From NCBI GenBank assembly GCA_036172245.1, contig JAYWIR010000024.1, forward strand, positions 2,294,001 to 2,358,000: a stretch of DNA of 64,000 bases, read 5' to 3'. The translations under genes and the position numbers were made by a program. The DNA is from Raillietiella orientalis (Eukaryota). The notes under the pieces are model-generated. The model was not told the origin of the DNA. It did not search any database and saw only the letters and a program-made list of their open reading frames with translations. The first letter of the stretch is position 1. Each line of letters starts with the position of its first letter. Positions 23,780 to 35,693 of the stretch are shown here, in pieces.

Positions 23780-26250
23780 TTGGGATTTTCCTCGCTTACC
23801 GCAAGTGGCTGCTACGCCAACGTGTTCTTTGCTACAGTTTCCTTCTTTGCTTGCTTTTTGTGTCGGATCCGGGAATTTCGCGTGGCGGACACATCCTGTA
23901 AATCGTTCTCCGGATCGTTTTCGATCTGGAAATTTCGATTCCCTCTTCAAAGGAGAAATTTCATGATCGTGGGACCGCGGGGTGAGAGGTTCAAAGGTCA
24001 TCCAGGATTTCGAATTTGAGTGGATAGACGCTCGGCGGGGTTGCCTGGCTGGTGAGGACACGGAATTCCTGTGGAGGACTTCAGTTTCCACCAGTGACTC
24101 TTTAGTTCGAAGCAGAAGACGAACCAAATGTAATTTCTCCTCCTCCAAGGAATATGTCTGGAAGGAAACATCCTGCGTAGGAGGGAAGTTGTTATGGAAG
24201 TTCTTTTGCCGAATTTTTAGTTTTTCCATATCGCATTCTTCAACTGTGCCGAGTGAGATGAATTAAGTTGGTATCCTTTAGAGGCTTCAGCGGTGGTGTG
24301 TGCTTTGACCTTTACAACGATCAAGAAGGACTTCATTCTCATAGAACTTCCGCAACAGCGATTTCTTCCTAGAGAGGCTGTTTCCATCCTACGTGCATCC
24401 AAATGTCGAAGATCGGAAACCTTCGTTTTACAGTCGGCACGATAAACGCATTTGGCGAATTCGGGAAGGGTTACGTGCGCTTCCAGTTCCCTGCAACGGA
24501 TGCTTGTTTACTCAGAAAGAGAGAAAACATGAGATTGACGTGTCAGGGGCAGAGCGAAAATTTTCAAGTCTGCTGGAGCGTGTTTTCACTTCTCATCTAC
24601 GCACCAGACTCCTCCATCATCTGTATCTTTGATAACTCCTCTATTAACTCTCCTCCGAACGTCCGAGCAGTGCTAAACTGCTTGAGATTGATGCTGTGCA
24701 GATGTAGCTGAATATCAACTTGAAATTCACATTTGTCGTTACCACAACGCTTTGGTTCTGTACATGGCAACACTTTGGATCCTCTGAAGTGTTCGTTGCA
24801 TCAGAGATTGCGAGGCTCCTGAAACAAATGGGTACAATCTACAACCATGCCCTGGTCATTCCACCCTGAGTAACTTGGAGCAGCCTGTAGAATTTTCTCG
24901 AGATCATTTTCGCAATCCACGGAATTCAAGCCCAAGGCAGAAAGAACTCAACATCCACGTGTTCCTGCGGGCAGCCGAACTGGAAGAAAGGTCTCTTGAC
25001 ATGTTGTTACGATGGTACGGATTACTGCTGGAAGAAGATGAGATTCCGGGTTTCCAGTGTTTCGCGAATTCCATCCAGGGAAAAATGCCACGCCCACGTC
25101 ACTCTGCGCTGCTCTACGCGCGTGTGCGTACTGCTCCCTGCGCATCACCCCTCCGAGCGGCAGCCAGCGCCACGTGGCATTGGGAAACCGCAACGCTCGA
25201 TAGCCGGTTCCTCAAGCGCACCAGAAGCATCCTCCACACACCCCCTGCCCGGCTTTTCGGCTTGACGTGGCTCATCTGCTTTGTATCAATCACGTTGGCT
25301 AGAAGGGCTCGGATCAGAAGCAGCACTGTTTCTGCGCACAAAGGTAAGAAAATGGCATGAGCGTGGAAAAGACGAAGCAAAAACCAGAAAGGGCAAGCTG
25401 CAATGCCCCGGCGCGCAAGTCCCGGGGCAGAGTTGCGGTACAAAAAAAACATGAAGCTCAAAACAGACATCAGACCGTGTTTTTTTATTATCGTGAATAA
25501 TGGAACATCGGAAATCCCTCAACTTATCCGGAAAATGCTACTCGCAAATATTATGAGAGAATCCTACAGAGATGCTACATCCGATTCTGAGTGGCAACGC
25601 TCCAAGCGTGCAGTTCTAAGCAGCCTGTGATCTTCATTCCCTCGAGGATCGCTGTTGCGTCAACTGCCTAATTATTTGTCACAGGCACGGATGCTCTCCA
25701 GAGCCCATCCAAAAAGCTACGTGCAGAAGTTCCTCCGCCCGTCCCTGACTTCACCATCTGTGGCATCCAACGTTTTTGTTATCCTAGGAAATGCGCGCGG
25801 TGGTATGTTCGTGTACACCACTGCTCTCTTCATCATGTTTTCTGCTCTTGCGTGGGAGATTTCGAGTTCTTGGAGCACTCCGTCTTACTCGGCTCTCCCG
25901 GTCCTGTTACTTGTGATCTCAGCAGACACTTCTCTCGTGTCGAGGAGAGACAGTTCTCAGCATTCTTTCTTCGTTACACTTCCTCCAGAGTTGCTACCAT
26001 AAGTTGTCACCAGGGCTCAGGCAGCATCGAATGCGATGACTGGATTCTCTTCTTTGGAGCAGCAGATCCGGGAGGACGTCTCCATTCCTTTCCCGGGGCT
26101 GGTTGGCTTGAGGTTGCCCAAACGATGCATCCTGGAAAAGAAGCTGGAGTTTCTCGCTCAGTGATACGGAATTCGCGTAGGGGGCGCTTCCCACACCTCC
26201 TGCACATTCGATCCGCACCGCTAATAACGCCACGCCCTCTGGCGATTGGA
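23780..26250 (+). mobile_element. Highly degenerate Utopia/NeSL-like RT region with an internal foreign segment (~25085-25400)
   Basis: Weak ordered motifs (I.N..L.IP, EWQR..A.LSSL similar to PWQR.DA...PSL). Confidence 0.35.
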
Positions 26251-27250
26251 TTTTAGGAGGTTAGACTGGTGATCGGAGGATCGCAGGTGATTCCTGGTTT
26301 CGAGAAAGTGAGCAAAAGCTGGAAAAGCCTCATACTGGCTTCTGATCTATGAACCTCGCGTCTTTGAAAGACTTCTCTGTCATCTCTCGTGTCTGATTCT
26401 CGGTCCCTCCTTCCTCCGAGATGCTGAAGCACGTTTGCTCGGCAGCCGAAGAACCATTCATGGTTCTTCGGCATCAAAGTTGCGAGATTAAAAAAAAAAA
26501 ATTCACCAAATACCGTGGTATCTCGGTACTCGTCGGCAATTCGTTCCATAACTCGCGACGTGTGCTGAAACCGGAGAGTACCAAACGAGTTGCTTTTTGG
26601 TCTTTGTGGTATCATTTTTAATCATTTTAGGACCCATAGTTCACGCGCGAAATGCACGCAAAGTACACAAAAGGGGAACGATTTGGGAGGCACTCTATGG
26701 AAGTGTTCGTCACTCTTCGCAAGCTACTAGGAGACGAAGGCGTTCGCTTGTTTCATCATGAGAGTGGGGTGTCGAGTTCCGAGCATGCGTGAGAATGTCG
26801 AAACACGTTTTTCTCGTCAAAATGCGACGAATACCGAGTTTGACGAGCTCCAACGCTGTCGAGTACCGAGGTACCACTGTACATCGTTCTATAACTAGGA
26901 AGCTCAGAGGGCACATCTGCTTGCACAATAAGAGATCAGAGAATCCTTAAGAGGGAGGAATCCCTACGAGGTGGTGGCGGTTTCGCGTTCTTCTAGGAGA
27001 ACCCGTGCGGTGAAGTGACCTAGAGTTTTGACCTTGTGCGCTCTAACTCTGGTCGCGTAATGGAGTCAATCTTGCTTGGAGGGAGCAAACCGAGCTCGTC
27101 CAGAAGAAGCGCAGGGTGGCGGGGGGGCATGGTACCCGACCAGCTCTTAATGTCTCGAGTGGGGTTTTTTTCGTTTGGGGAAACGGGACCACGATTTGAT
27201 GTCTCATCCTGCCCGTTCATAAAACGACCAAAAACTCGGAGTAAGTCACG
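26250..27250 (-). mobile_element. PIF1-type helicase remnant (Helitron/Helentron-like), interrupted by a MITE
   Basis: LLLDELGLL (Walker B), a GD motif, then FFFFNLATLM..ANVLQHL..TRDDREVFQRREV, similar to the PIF1 F..L...MRQ..F...L..L..G..T..D...F..R motif. Confidence 0.45.
26513..26879. mobile_element. Tc1/mariner-pogo-type MITE (367 bp)
   Basis: TIRs CCGTGGTATCTCGGTACTCGTC and (rc) CAGTGGTACCTCGGTACTCGAC match at 19/22 and are flanked by TA at 26511-26512 and 26880-26881. Confidence 0.78.
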
Positions 27251-29519
27251 AGTAAGGAATGAGGCTCACATAGGAAAAAAAAGAAGAGAAAAAAAAAAAA
27301 AAACAAGGGAACAGTAACTTAAGGTGAATGAACTGCTGGTGACACATTGATGCAGACGCGAGGACCGGCGTGCTCACGGTTGCTCGTTTCGAAACCAAGA
27401 AAGGCGAATTACGTCCGAAGCTGGCGTTCCACTGCTATCTGATGCTCTCCGTGCAAATACGGAATTGCACAATGATTTCAGGAATTTCCCGTTTAGTAAA
27501 TTCTCCGGTTTTTCCCTCCCGAGCCTCGCAGGAACAGGGTCGCTTTTTGGGGCTGGGGGGAAACCGGCTGCCGAGTCACGTGGCTTGTGCCGACGTCGGA
27601 AGTGCATGTCGCTGGACGCGTTCCCTCCTCTCCCTTTCTCATCCGTTGCTCCTGAAAGATCGGAACCAACACCGAGTTCCCTCGCTGTGGTTTTCATCAA
27701 AACTGGGGGTGCAACGGAGTCTTTTCCTGAGAGTCGTTCTTCCAGGATTTCAGGGAGACGACTGAGATACAACCAACCCTTTCGTCTCTTATTTGCATAA
27801 GGAAAAGCAAAATACCTTCTGGGATGTTCCTCAGTGCCTTTTTCCACCTTCCTATTAGGAATGTCCTCAAATTCGTCTCTCGATCTGGATGCCCAACTTT
27901 TCTGTCTTTCCGAGTTCAGTTCTCAAGAAGAAATTAAATGAAAGGAAAAGAATAGCCATGAAAATCTGATCTTTCCTGTTCAACATTTTCGAATGAAACA
28001 GACCTCTCTTGATCAAAGGCATTCGGTCTCTCTAATGATGATGATTCAAGGAGACTCGGTTTGGAATCGCCTCACTGATTCCAAGTCCATTCTTCAGTGG
28101 TCACGAGAGAAGAGCCCGAGTTCAACTTCTATGGTTTCAGAAGAAGCCACCAGAGCCTTACCTGCTGGAAGATGCTGTCCAAGACCTCGAAGGCAGATCC
28201 TTCAGTGAGCACAATCCGCACATTCCAAGAGTGACTTTTATAACGACAGCGATCGCAACATCGACAGAAACATCAGTTGTCGTGGTAATTTTAGCAACAG
28301 TGTTGGCAGGATCAATCCCAGCAACAAAGACGACTGATCCTCCACGGGAGCGAATGCAAAGGAAATAAACAGTCTCTTTCCCATATCTACTTTGAAGATC
28401 GCTAAACCGTAGGCGTCTGCACCACTGCAGGATGGAAGGTAGTCGCGAATAATCAACGTGTCCTTGGCACTGAATCAACACTTCGTTTAGACCTCGTATT
28501 ATCTAAGGACAAAGGAAGTAACACTTGTGCATTCGAAAACGGAGAAGATGCATAATATAATGCAAGGAAGCAGAAAGAGGACGGAGATACAGCTCTCAGT
28601 TGGCGCAGAAAGGTCCGCAAGTGAAGGTTCATGCCCTTGTCGTAAGATCTCTTGGAGCATGGGATTCTCGAAATGATGGAGTGTCCGAGATTTCGGCATT
28701 CCCAGGGTGTACTCCATGGAGATGAGGGAATTGATGGCTGCTTCCTGTATCAGCCGGGGTATACGTTGGGCGCATCGACTAGGCCATCGGCTGGACGATG
28801 AGGTGAAGGAATACCTCCTAGAAGAAGAATGTTGCTGCAGCAGCTAAATCGACATGAAGGCGGGAGATGCAACTTGTCCTCAACAAATACCAAAATCCGT
28901 GGCCAACAGATGAAAACAGAGGAAGACTGGCGACAGCCACCCCGTTTATAATCTTTACTGTACCCCTTTTCTTTCTTTAAATATATGCACCGCGTCAAAG
29001 GCACAGTGCTTCAAAAAACCTGTCCGAGTATCAGAAGCTCACAAGGACGCGGGAAGAGGCTTCGATTCGGAGGGCGGTCCACATCCTGCAGCCATCAGCT
29101 TTTCATTAACTCACCCCTGCATTAAAAACGGAAGGGAACCAGCTCTCCCTCCCCCTTCCAGGGTTTCGAACGCGCCTTCCTTGTGCTTGGGCGAGTCGCA
29201 CGGCTGGGACGGAAGGACGGAACCGGAGCGCAGTTGCGCAAATTTGCACCTTTCGGAGGAAGCAAGAAGCACTTCCTGAACGGTCCCGTTTCGTATTTCA
29301 TCAGCCGCCCAGTGTTCTCTGGAGGAATGCGAAAGCCCCTGTTATCGAACGTGCGGGAATCCATTTTGTTTCCTCATCCAGTCCACCTGGAGTTCTCCCA
29401 AAGCGGGAAAGCCCACTTTTAACCGCCCCATTGTTCTCTGCTCCACTTTCTTGATTCTGACGAAAAGGTACCGTTCCTTCAGTCTAGGTGCAAATTTGAA
29501 GGAGGGGAGGGGGAGGCTC

Positions 29520-29727
29520 CACGAAGCAGCATCTTTTCCCGCTCGAGAGGATTCATGGGGATCGCCCTTCCATCCGAGGGCTTGATTCCAATCTGCTGAG
29601 CGCACCTGTGGATCGCGTTCATCCTTGTCACTCTGTGAAAGACAGATACAGATACAACTCCTCCAACAGCTTCCGTCTGCAATTTACCTTCCAAAAAAAG
29701 CATCAGGACACCGAGATGCACAAATTC
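29520..29727 (-). pseudogene. Degenerate EGF-repeat (MEGF10/Draper-like) exon
   Basis: Strong acceptor (CTAAC branch point, T-rich tract, CAG|), then ICASRCPDAFFG (fs) NC..SC..C.C..RDP..ALGWKGD, resembling C..CP.G.FG.NC...C.C...CDP.TG.C.C..GW.G. Confidence 0.45.
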
Positions 29728-29825
29728 CTGACCAAATAAAAAGAAAAAAACACGCTAAGAGTTAGCTGCATCCCGAGTGGACCATAAGTAACAAATAAGG
29801 GAAATTTAAATGCTAAATTTCGTTA

Positions 29826-29893
29826 CAAACATACATAAATACATATATGTGCGTGTGTGTGTGAGAGCGTCTAATATATACATATATATATAT
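29826..29893. repeat. Mixed (TA)/(TG)/(CATA) low-complexity microsatellite
   Basis: acatacataaatacatatatgtgcgtgtgtgtgt..atatatacatatatatat. Confidence 0.7.
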
Positions 29894-29949
29894 CGTGATA
29901 TTGAGAGAAACTATGCTTATTAGCACGCTGCTTATTCGGATGAGACAAA

Positions 29950-31800
29950 GTTCCAGAGGAACAACCCCATGAATCCAACGGGAATTCGAAGAGGAGCCAC
30001 GCACCAACTGGAACCCAGATGGAGATGAAGCATGAATGCACGTACGTGTTTATGCCCTCTTTGAGAAGTTCCGTTTGTAAAATCTGCAACCCCGCACGAT
30101 CCCCTGAATACAAGTTTATCTCTGGAAATTATTTTTCTAGCATCGAAGTCCGCCCACATCCTTTCCGGTGAGATTTTTCGGGATTCAGGGAGGAATCCAC
30201 GCTGACTCGAGCACGAGATCCCATCTTCCTCGTTCCGATACGCGTGTCCTGGGAGTGGAATTCTCATGCTTCGCACGAAGCTGCACGGGTCCTTCGCTAC
30301 CGCCATCTTCCAAAATCAAGGAAACTCCAAGAACTCCCAAGTAGATTGGGGAAGAAACCGGAAATGACCACTGGAGGCGGACACGAGTCAAACACCCTTG
30401 GTTGTTTTGAAAAGAGACTACGGAGGCGGACGTGAATAGAGGGTGTTTGAGGGTGTACGGTTACGGAAAGCCGGCACAACGCTCCTCAGCTCGGTGACGC
30501 ATCCCACTCCTCTCTACGGCAGCAAGGGTGGGCGCGCGCGAGCTGCACGAGTGGTCTTCGTCGCAGGTGCTTCCAGACGTGTGCTTTGCCACGAGGACCA
30601 AAGGACGGACCCCTTCCAGCGTTTTGTTGCCTCCGGCATGCGGAGGGGGGCAAAGTCTTACTTAGACTTAGACTCGAGGTTTTCGATATCGACTTTTATC
30701 CTCGTCAGCATCCCTTCATTCCAGCTGTTTGAATAGCGTGGATGCTTGTTCTCGATGACTCAATTCGAAGACTCACTGCCTCGTGGTGACCGCGACGCAC
30801 TCCCCAAGAAGTGGAGCCTGAAAGGGTTTCCATATCCCTCCTCCAGAAACCTTCTCCTTGAAGTGGCAAAAGTCCAGAGTTGCACAGGGAAACGTTTCGT
30901 CATCCTTGCCTTTGCAGAGGCTTCTGCTAGTATCGTGTGGTACGCGACATCAAGAACGGAAGTGCAATTCAGGAGATGGAGAACGGAAAAAATGATTATT
31001 CGCATCTGTCTTTGAAATTTCTTTTCGTTTCCGAAGAGGTCTTAACCTCTGCTATTTCCACCTTTCAGTCCGTACGTTCGAAAATTTCGCGCTCACTTAT
31101 TCACCTCACGTCCCACTGAGTCTTCAGTCTGCCAATATGCAATGCTCATCTCTTTTCATTAGACTTCCTGATGGGATGGTGGCTCGATGAGGCTGTGCCC
31201 GTTTCTCCACTTGTGAGTGCAAATCCATTACACCGGCGTGCACTTGATCGATTCTGAAAACTCGTGTGCATCTCCCTGAGATTCTTGCAGGCTGCAGATG
31301 TTGTCGTCACATCCGGAGGAAAGCTGCACCGTACGCTTGCCGTGCGTTCCTTCTAGCAGAAAAGCGAAATTCGCGCCAATGACGGATTGGAATGGTTGAG
31401 ATGTGATGGAAGCAGTAAAAAGGAATGATCTCCGAGGGGCGACTTCACCTGCACTGTTCCACATCACGACTGAGCCTCCATACTTCTCAAATGCTACTTC
31501 AAGAACTGTTCACTTTCACCCAAGGAAAGAAATACTGACACGATTGGACTTTGGCTTTATGGTACATGAGATGAGGAGAAAATCCTTTTTTTCTCGCATG
31601 AAGAAAGCGTTCTTCTAATGGCTTTCCTGCGTCAAAGGTTGCTAGTCAGGAATGCTTCATTCGGATGCAACGGCCGTTCGACTACCGTGGACAGCGGCCA
31701 TCACCTTTGAGTCTTCACCCCACGAAGCAATCAAAGCCAAGGAAACTATTCGCTTATCCTTAGTTTCACGATCACGAGGGGCGCTTTATTGAAAGATGAT
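29950..31800 (-). mobile_element. Degenerate Ty3/Gypsy pol remnant (protease-RT-RNase H)
   Basis: Ordered minus-strand motifs: SVIGANF (ILG.DF), SVLDVAYHTI (S.LDL..AY.QI), WDAS..GA, and PG...N..DGIS. Confidence 0.45.
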
Positions 31801-33499
31801 ACAGTAAGTTGCTGTATCATCCGATGGCCGGCAAATCGCTCATGGCTGGCGAGCGAAATGAGAATGGCTGATCAAATCCGCAACTTTGAAAAAGCGTAGC
31901 GAGAATAGAAGTGTTTTACGTGAGGGTCGTTCCGCACGATCTTTTTTTCTAGGCAAATACGTAAGCACTCGTGTTGAGTTTCGCCCAAGTAATCCAAGAG
32001 GAAATCAGCCTCCTCTCCCATTCAAAAAAATAAAAGGGGGAAAGTTGGGCAAGTGCACTAAAGATATCCTGTGGCGAAGATCGCAGTGAGGACCCGGAAC
32101 GAGAGGTAATCAAGAGCAGAAGTGAAACGTCCGTAAGAGTGCCTATGAGGGGCAAAGGATGTGCCCGTGGTACATAGGTCGCAACCAGGTCTGAACCACC
32201 AAGCAAAGAAAAACACATTTTTTCCAAAGGGTGGGATTTGATGAAATTTTCGAGAACAACGTCCACAGTGTGCTGTGGAGGAGAAATGGCAGCATCAAAA
32301 AAAGGGTGGTCCTGTGAAATTAGGGCAAAACTAAAGAGCTTCAAAGATGCTGAAACAGATTTAGTTGGAATTTGAAAAGAAGTTTCTTTTCTGTCAGAGG
32401 TCAATATAAAGGAATTCCCAATGGTTGGAAATTCATTTGATAGACCAGTCGATATTTCAAGATGGCAAAAGATCGTTCAAGCAAATCCATCAACGAATAT
32501 CCTTTCTTATCCTTTCCTATGGAAAGCAGATGCGTTTAAGACGATCTCTGTATCTCAGCTGGGGAGTCTGGAGCTCTCCAAATAGTAGTGTGGGCCTTGG
32601 ACTTCTGACGCCTGTTGCAAATTAGTTCCGTTCCGCAAACAGCTTCAGGTCGGAGAATTCTAGACAAAGAACTAGAGAACTGCTATGCTTCCGCAGATCA
32701 CTACTACTGGGACCACAGAGAACGGTAACAAGCAGAGGATGTTGCTAAATCTCGTATTGCAGCACAAGACACATCATCATCAAAAGGATTTCTCAACGTA
32801 GCAAAAAATTCAGTGCTTACGGGAACACTCCGAGGCAGGAATTCGGGTTCTGTCCGGAGAGGACATTCATTTCGGACACTTCACCTTTTCCACTTACCAT
32901 TCAATGTAACATTGCTTAGGTGCTCATAGCCAACTGCCGCATTCCTCCTGCTGCCAGGAGCTCGAAAGTCACAGTCTCAGTCCTGGTTTTCCTCGACGAA
33001 GAGAAACTCATTAACCAATGCAGATTTTGTTTCAGGGCTGCCACATCATTTCAGTGTTAGCTGTAAATATTGAGGTTTCCTTTGCTTTTTGAGAATTTGA
33101 AGCGTTGAGTCCTTCATGTTCTAAAATCCGAGCTGTAGTTAGTTGCGAGTTCATAGAGATGGAAACCCATGTGTGCATTTGGACGTCAAGAATCTGCTGT
33201 TCATCTATTGTCTTTGTTCGCGATGTTGTCTTGTCATGGATCAAACATTTCCTAGGGTGAATTTGGAACATCTGCTATGAAGAGTGTGATGCACACTCTG
33301 CGTAAGAAGCTCACAGAAAACTGACTCAGCAAGGCTCTTACTTTCGAGGTCGCTTCCATTTCAAGATCTCCTCAAATCTGCATTTTTTTAATAACTCAAT
33401 TCACGCATTCATTCCAAGTCCTTTCATGGGGTAACCTATTTGGGAGGTGTAGAAATGAAGGAAAGAGAGAAGAAGGTTACGGAATAGGGCAAATTCCTG

Positions 33500-35250
33500 T
33501 GGTCGTCTGTAACTTCCCCAAACGAGAACTCCTGGATGCAGGCTTGCGACACATACATCAGCTCAGGAAACCAGGAAGAGTGTTGGCCTGGAATGCTGAG
33601 CGAACGAAGATAGCTGATTCGCTCACCTTGAAAGACGGACTCATTCCAGCGATGGACGTTGGTCCAGGGAAGAGTAGATGCCTATCGTTCGCTTCTGGCA
33701 TAGATTCTCGCTTACTGGCCGGATCTGCTTCTTCGTTCCTTTTCCAAAATAAAGTCCGAACCGTTGGAAAATGAAGTCCCCATTTTTTTGCATTCGCTTC
33801 CCGTCATTTTTCAAAATCTGCCTTTTCTTCGTTTGTGGAGAAATGGTCTCTGAACCCACGTCGTTTTGTGCTTCTATCGTACTCTTCAGATACTTGCCTC
33901 TGGAGAATCCGAGCATTTTCTAAAGTTCCATGGAATCCCGAAAGAAACTAATCTAAACCAGCCACACCACCCAAATAGAGAGATTGCCTATTTACATGTC
34001 TCTGCCGAATGATAATTTACCATTATCGATGCACGGTTATTCGACAGAAGATGCAAATCTTTCAGGAGTGTTTCAACACACAAAATTGGTCGGTCAATGA
34101 ACTAACTGTGCTCTAACCGAATCTTATAAAGAACGGACAGAATGGAGCAGTTCACTAACTTTGTCCAGTGATCTCAATCAATGAAAGTGATCTCTCGTGC
34201 ATTCGGGCCTAAATGAAATCACCAAAGCTACCTGAAAAGCAGCAGACATGCAATTTGAAGGTAAGCTACGGGTAGACTTCTTGGTCTGTGAGGAAGATCG
34301 GATTGTCTTTTCGCTTCTTGGTATGTGCGATCCTTTGGAAAAGGTGCCACTGATGATCCGATGGAATTTCTGGTTCGTCCTAAGAAACCTTCCAAGGATG
34401 GAAACTGCGCGAGATCGACGCGTTGTCGAATTTCTAATCCTTCATCACTTCGTTTCCGTTGACTACGCCTCCCGCAACGAAAAACAAAGATCTCAGTGGA
34501 AATGCCTGTGGGGAATGCGCAGCCACAACCGGTTTTGAAGTAGAATTTGCGAAAATTGTAGCGGAAAAAAATGTACTCGCGCTTTCTTTGATTTGTTGCA
34601 TTCAGATAGATGAAGAAGATAAGGAGTATTGAGTCTAACACTTCCGCGGGAAATTAGAAATCCATCAACGCTCGTTGTTAGGAGGTGTGCAAGTGAAAAC
34701 ATGGCTGCCGTTTTCAACATTTTGTCAGTGAAGAGGAAAATTGACAATCCTATAAGATCGTTCCTCCTTGATAGTAGGGAATTGAGACCCATTGGAAATA
34801 GACGATGTTCTGAAAGGCCGCGAAAGCCATAGTCTTGGAACCCCATTCGTCTAGATGCAGCATCTTGACTTCGATAAGATGAATTGGGAACCTTATTTGA
34901 GTCTTGAAATTGGCCAAATTTCTTAGCCTCGACGCGATTTCATTCGGGTTGCATAGGATGTGTTGATCGCTCGCTTTAGCGGAAGTTGACCTAAGAGTTT
35001 TGTTCTCAATTAAACAAATGCTGCCATCCCTCCCTAACAGTGATATTTCGAAATCACCATTTCGCTCGAAGATGTTTGCGAGGACCTGTTTTGTCCATTC
35101 GTTCCAAGAAGGTGCGACATTCCATCGCATTTCAAGGAGAATGTCGGTGACACCTCGTGCACCTGAAACCACCTGTAAGCAGGAAAGTTGCACGGAAGGA
35201 CTGAAAGGCAGTGCTATCACTTCAATCTCAGCTGGGATGGCTGATGGCTT
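33500..35250 (-). mobile_element. Degenerate RTE-clade non-LTR RT
   Basis: W......IF.RNGD, YGFRG..S, F.D..K, and KYLKSTIEAQND...I (FKYLGS.I..ND..EI). Confidence 0.5.
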
Positions 35251-35437
35251 TCGTAGAAACAGTGTTGGAGGACCGAATCGAATGCTTCCTCTTCAAATAC
35301 TCCCTCTTCATTTCATTCATCTAAAGAAGAGAATGCTTGCCGCTTCTCCTCAATTGGTATAATCGTTGCATTTTGCATTTTCAGGTACCTTCTTATTGAT
35401 TTCCGGTGTAAGGAATCGAGGCATTGAAGCTAAAACC

Positions 35438-35693
35438 ATGATTTTAGTAGTGATGCTTTTCTTATCACGCATCAATCTGAGCAAAAGCGAATGTGCTCCG
35501 AATTCAACCTCCGTTTTCCTGCTGGAAAGTGGCTACATGTACGCGTCCCAGGAAGACATCATAGGTTCGCATCCAGGGATGCTGGATATAGCAGAATGTC
35601 TGGAGAGCTGCCAAAAAGCACCGGCCTGCGCATCGGTTAATTATGAAACGGGATTATGCATGCTGTACAAGACAAACTCCAATGATCATCCAG
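35438..35693 (+). CDS. Paralog B first coding exon: signal peptide + PAN1
   Basis: aaaaccATG; MILVVMLFLS..ECAPNSTSVFLLESGY..ECLESCQKAPACASVNYETGLCMLY; donor CAG|GTTTGC. An upstream acceptor at ~35383 implies a 5'UTR intron. Confidence 0.9.

Noticed and set aside
27020..27220. LLLDELG resembling a bacterial IstB/DnaC Walker B motif
   Set aside because: No Walker A; the context fits a decayed eukaryotic PIF1 helicase better.
29285..29310. CTGATGA..GAAAC hammerhead-like core on the minus strand
   Set aside because: No stem II pairing, and no flanking stems were found.
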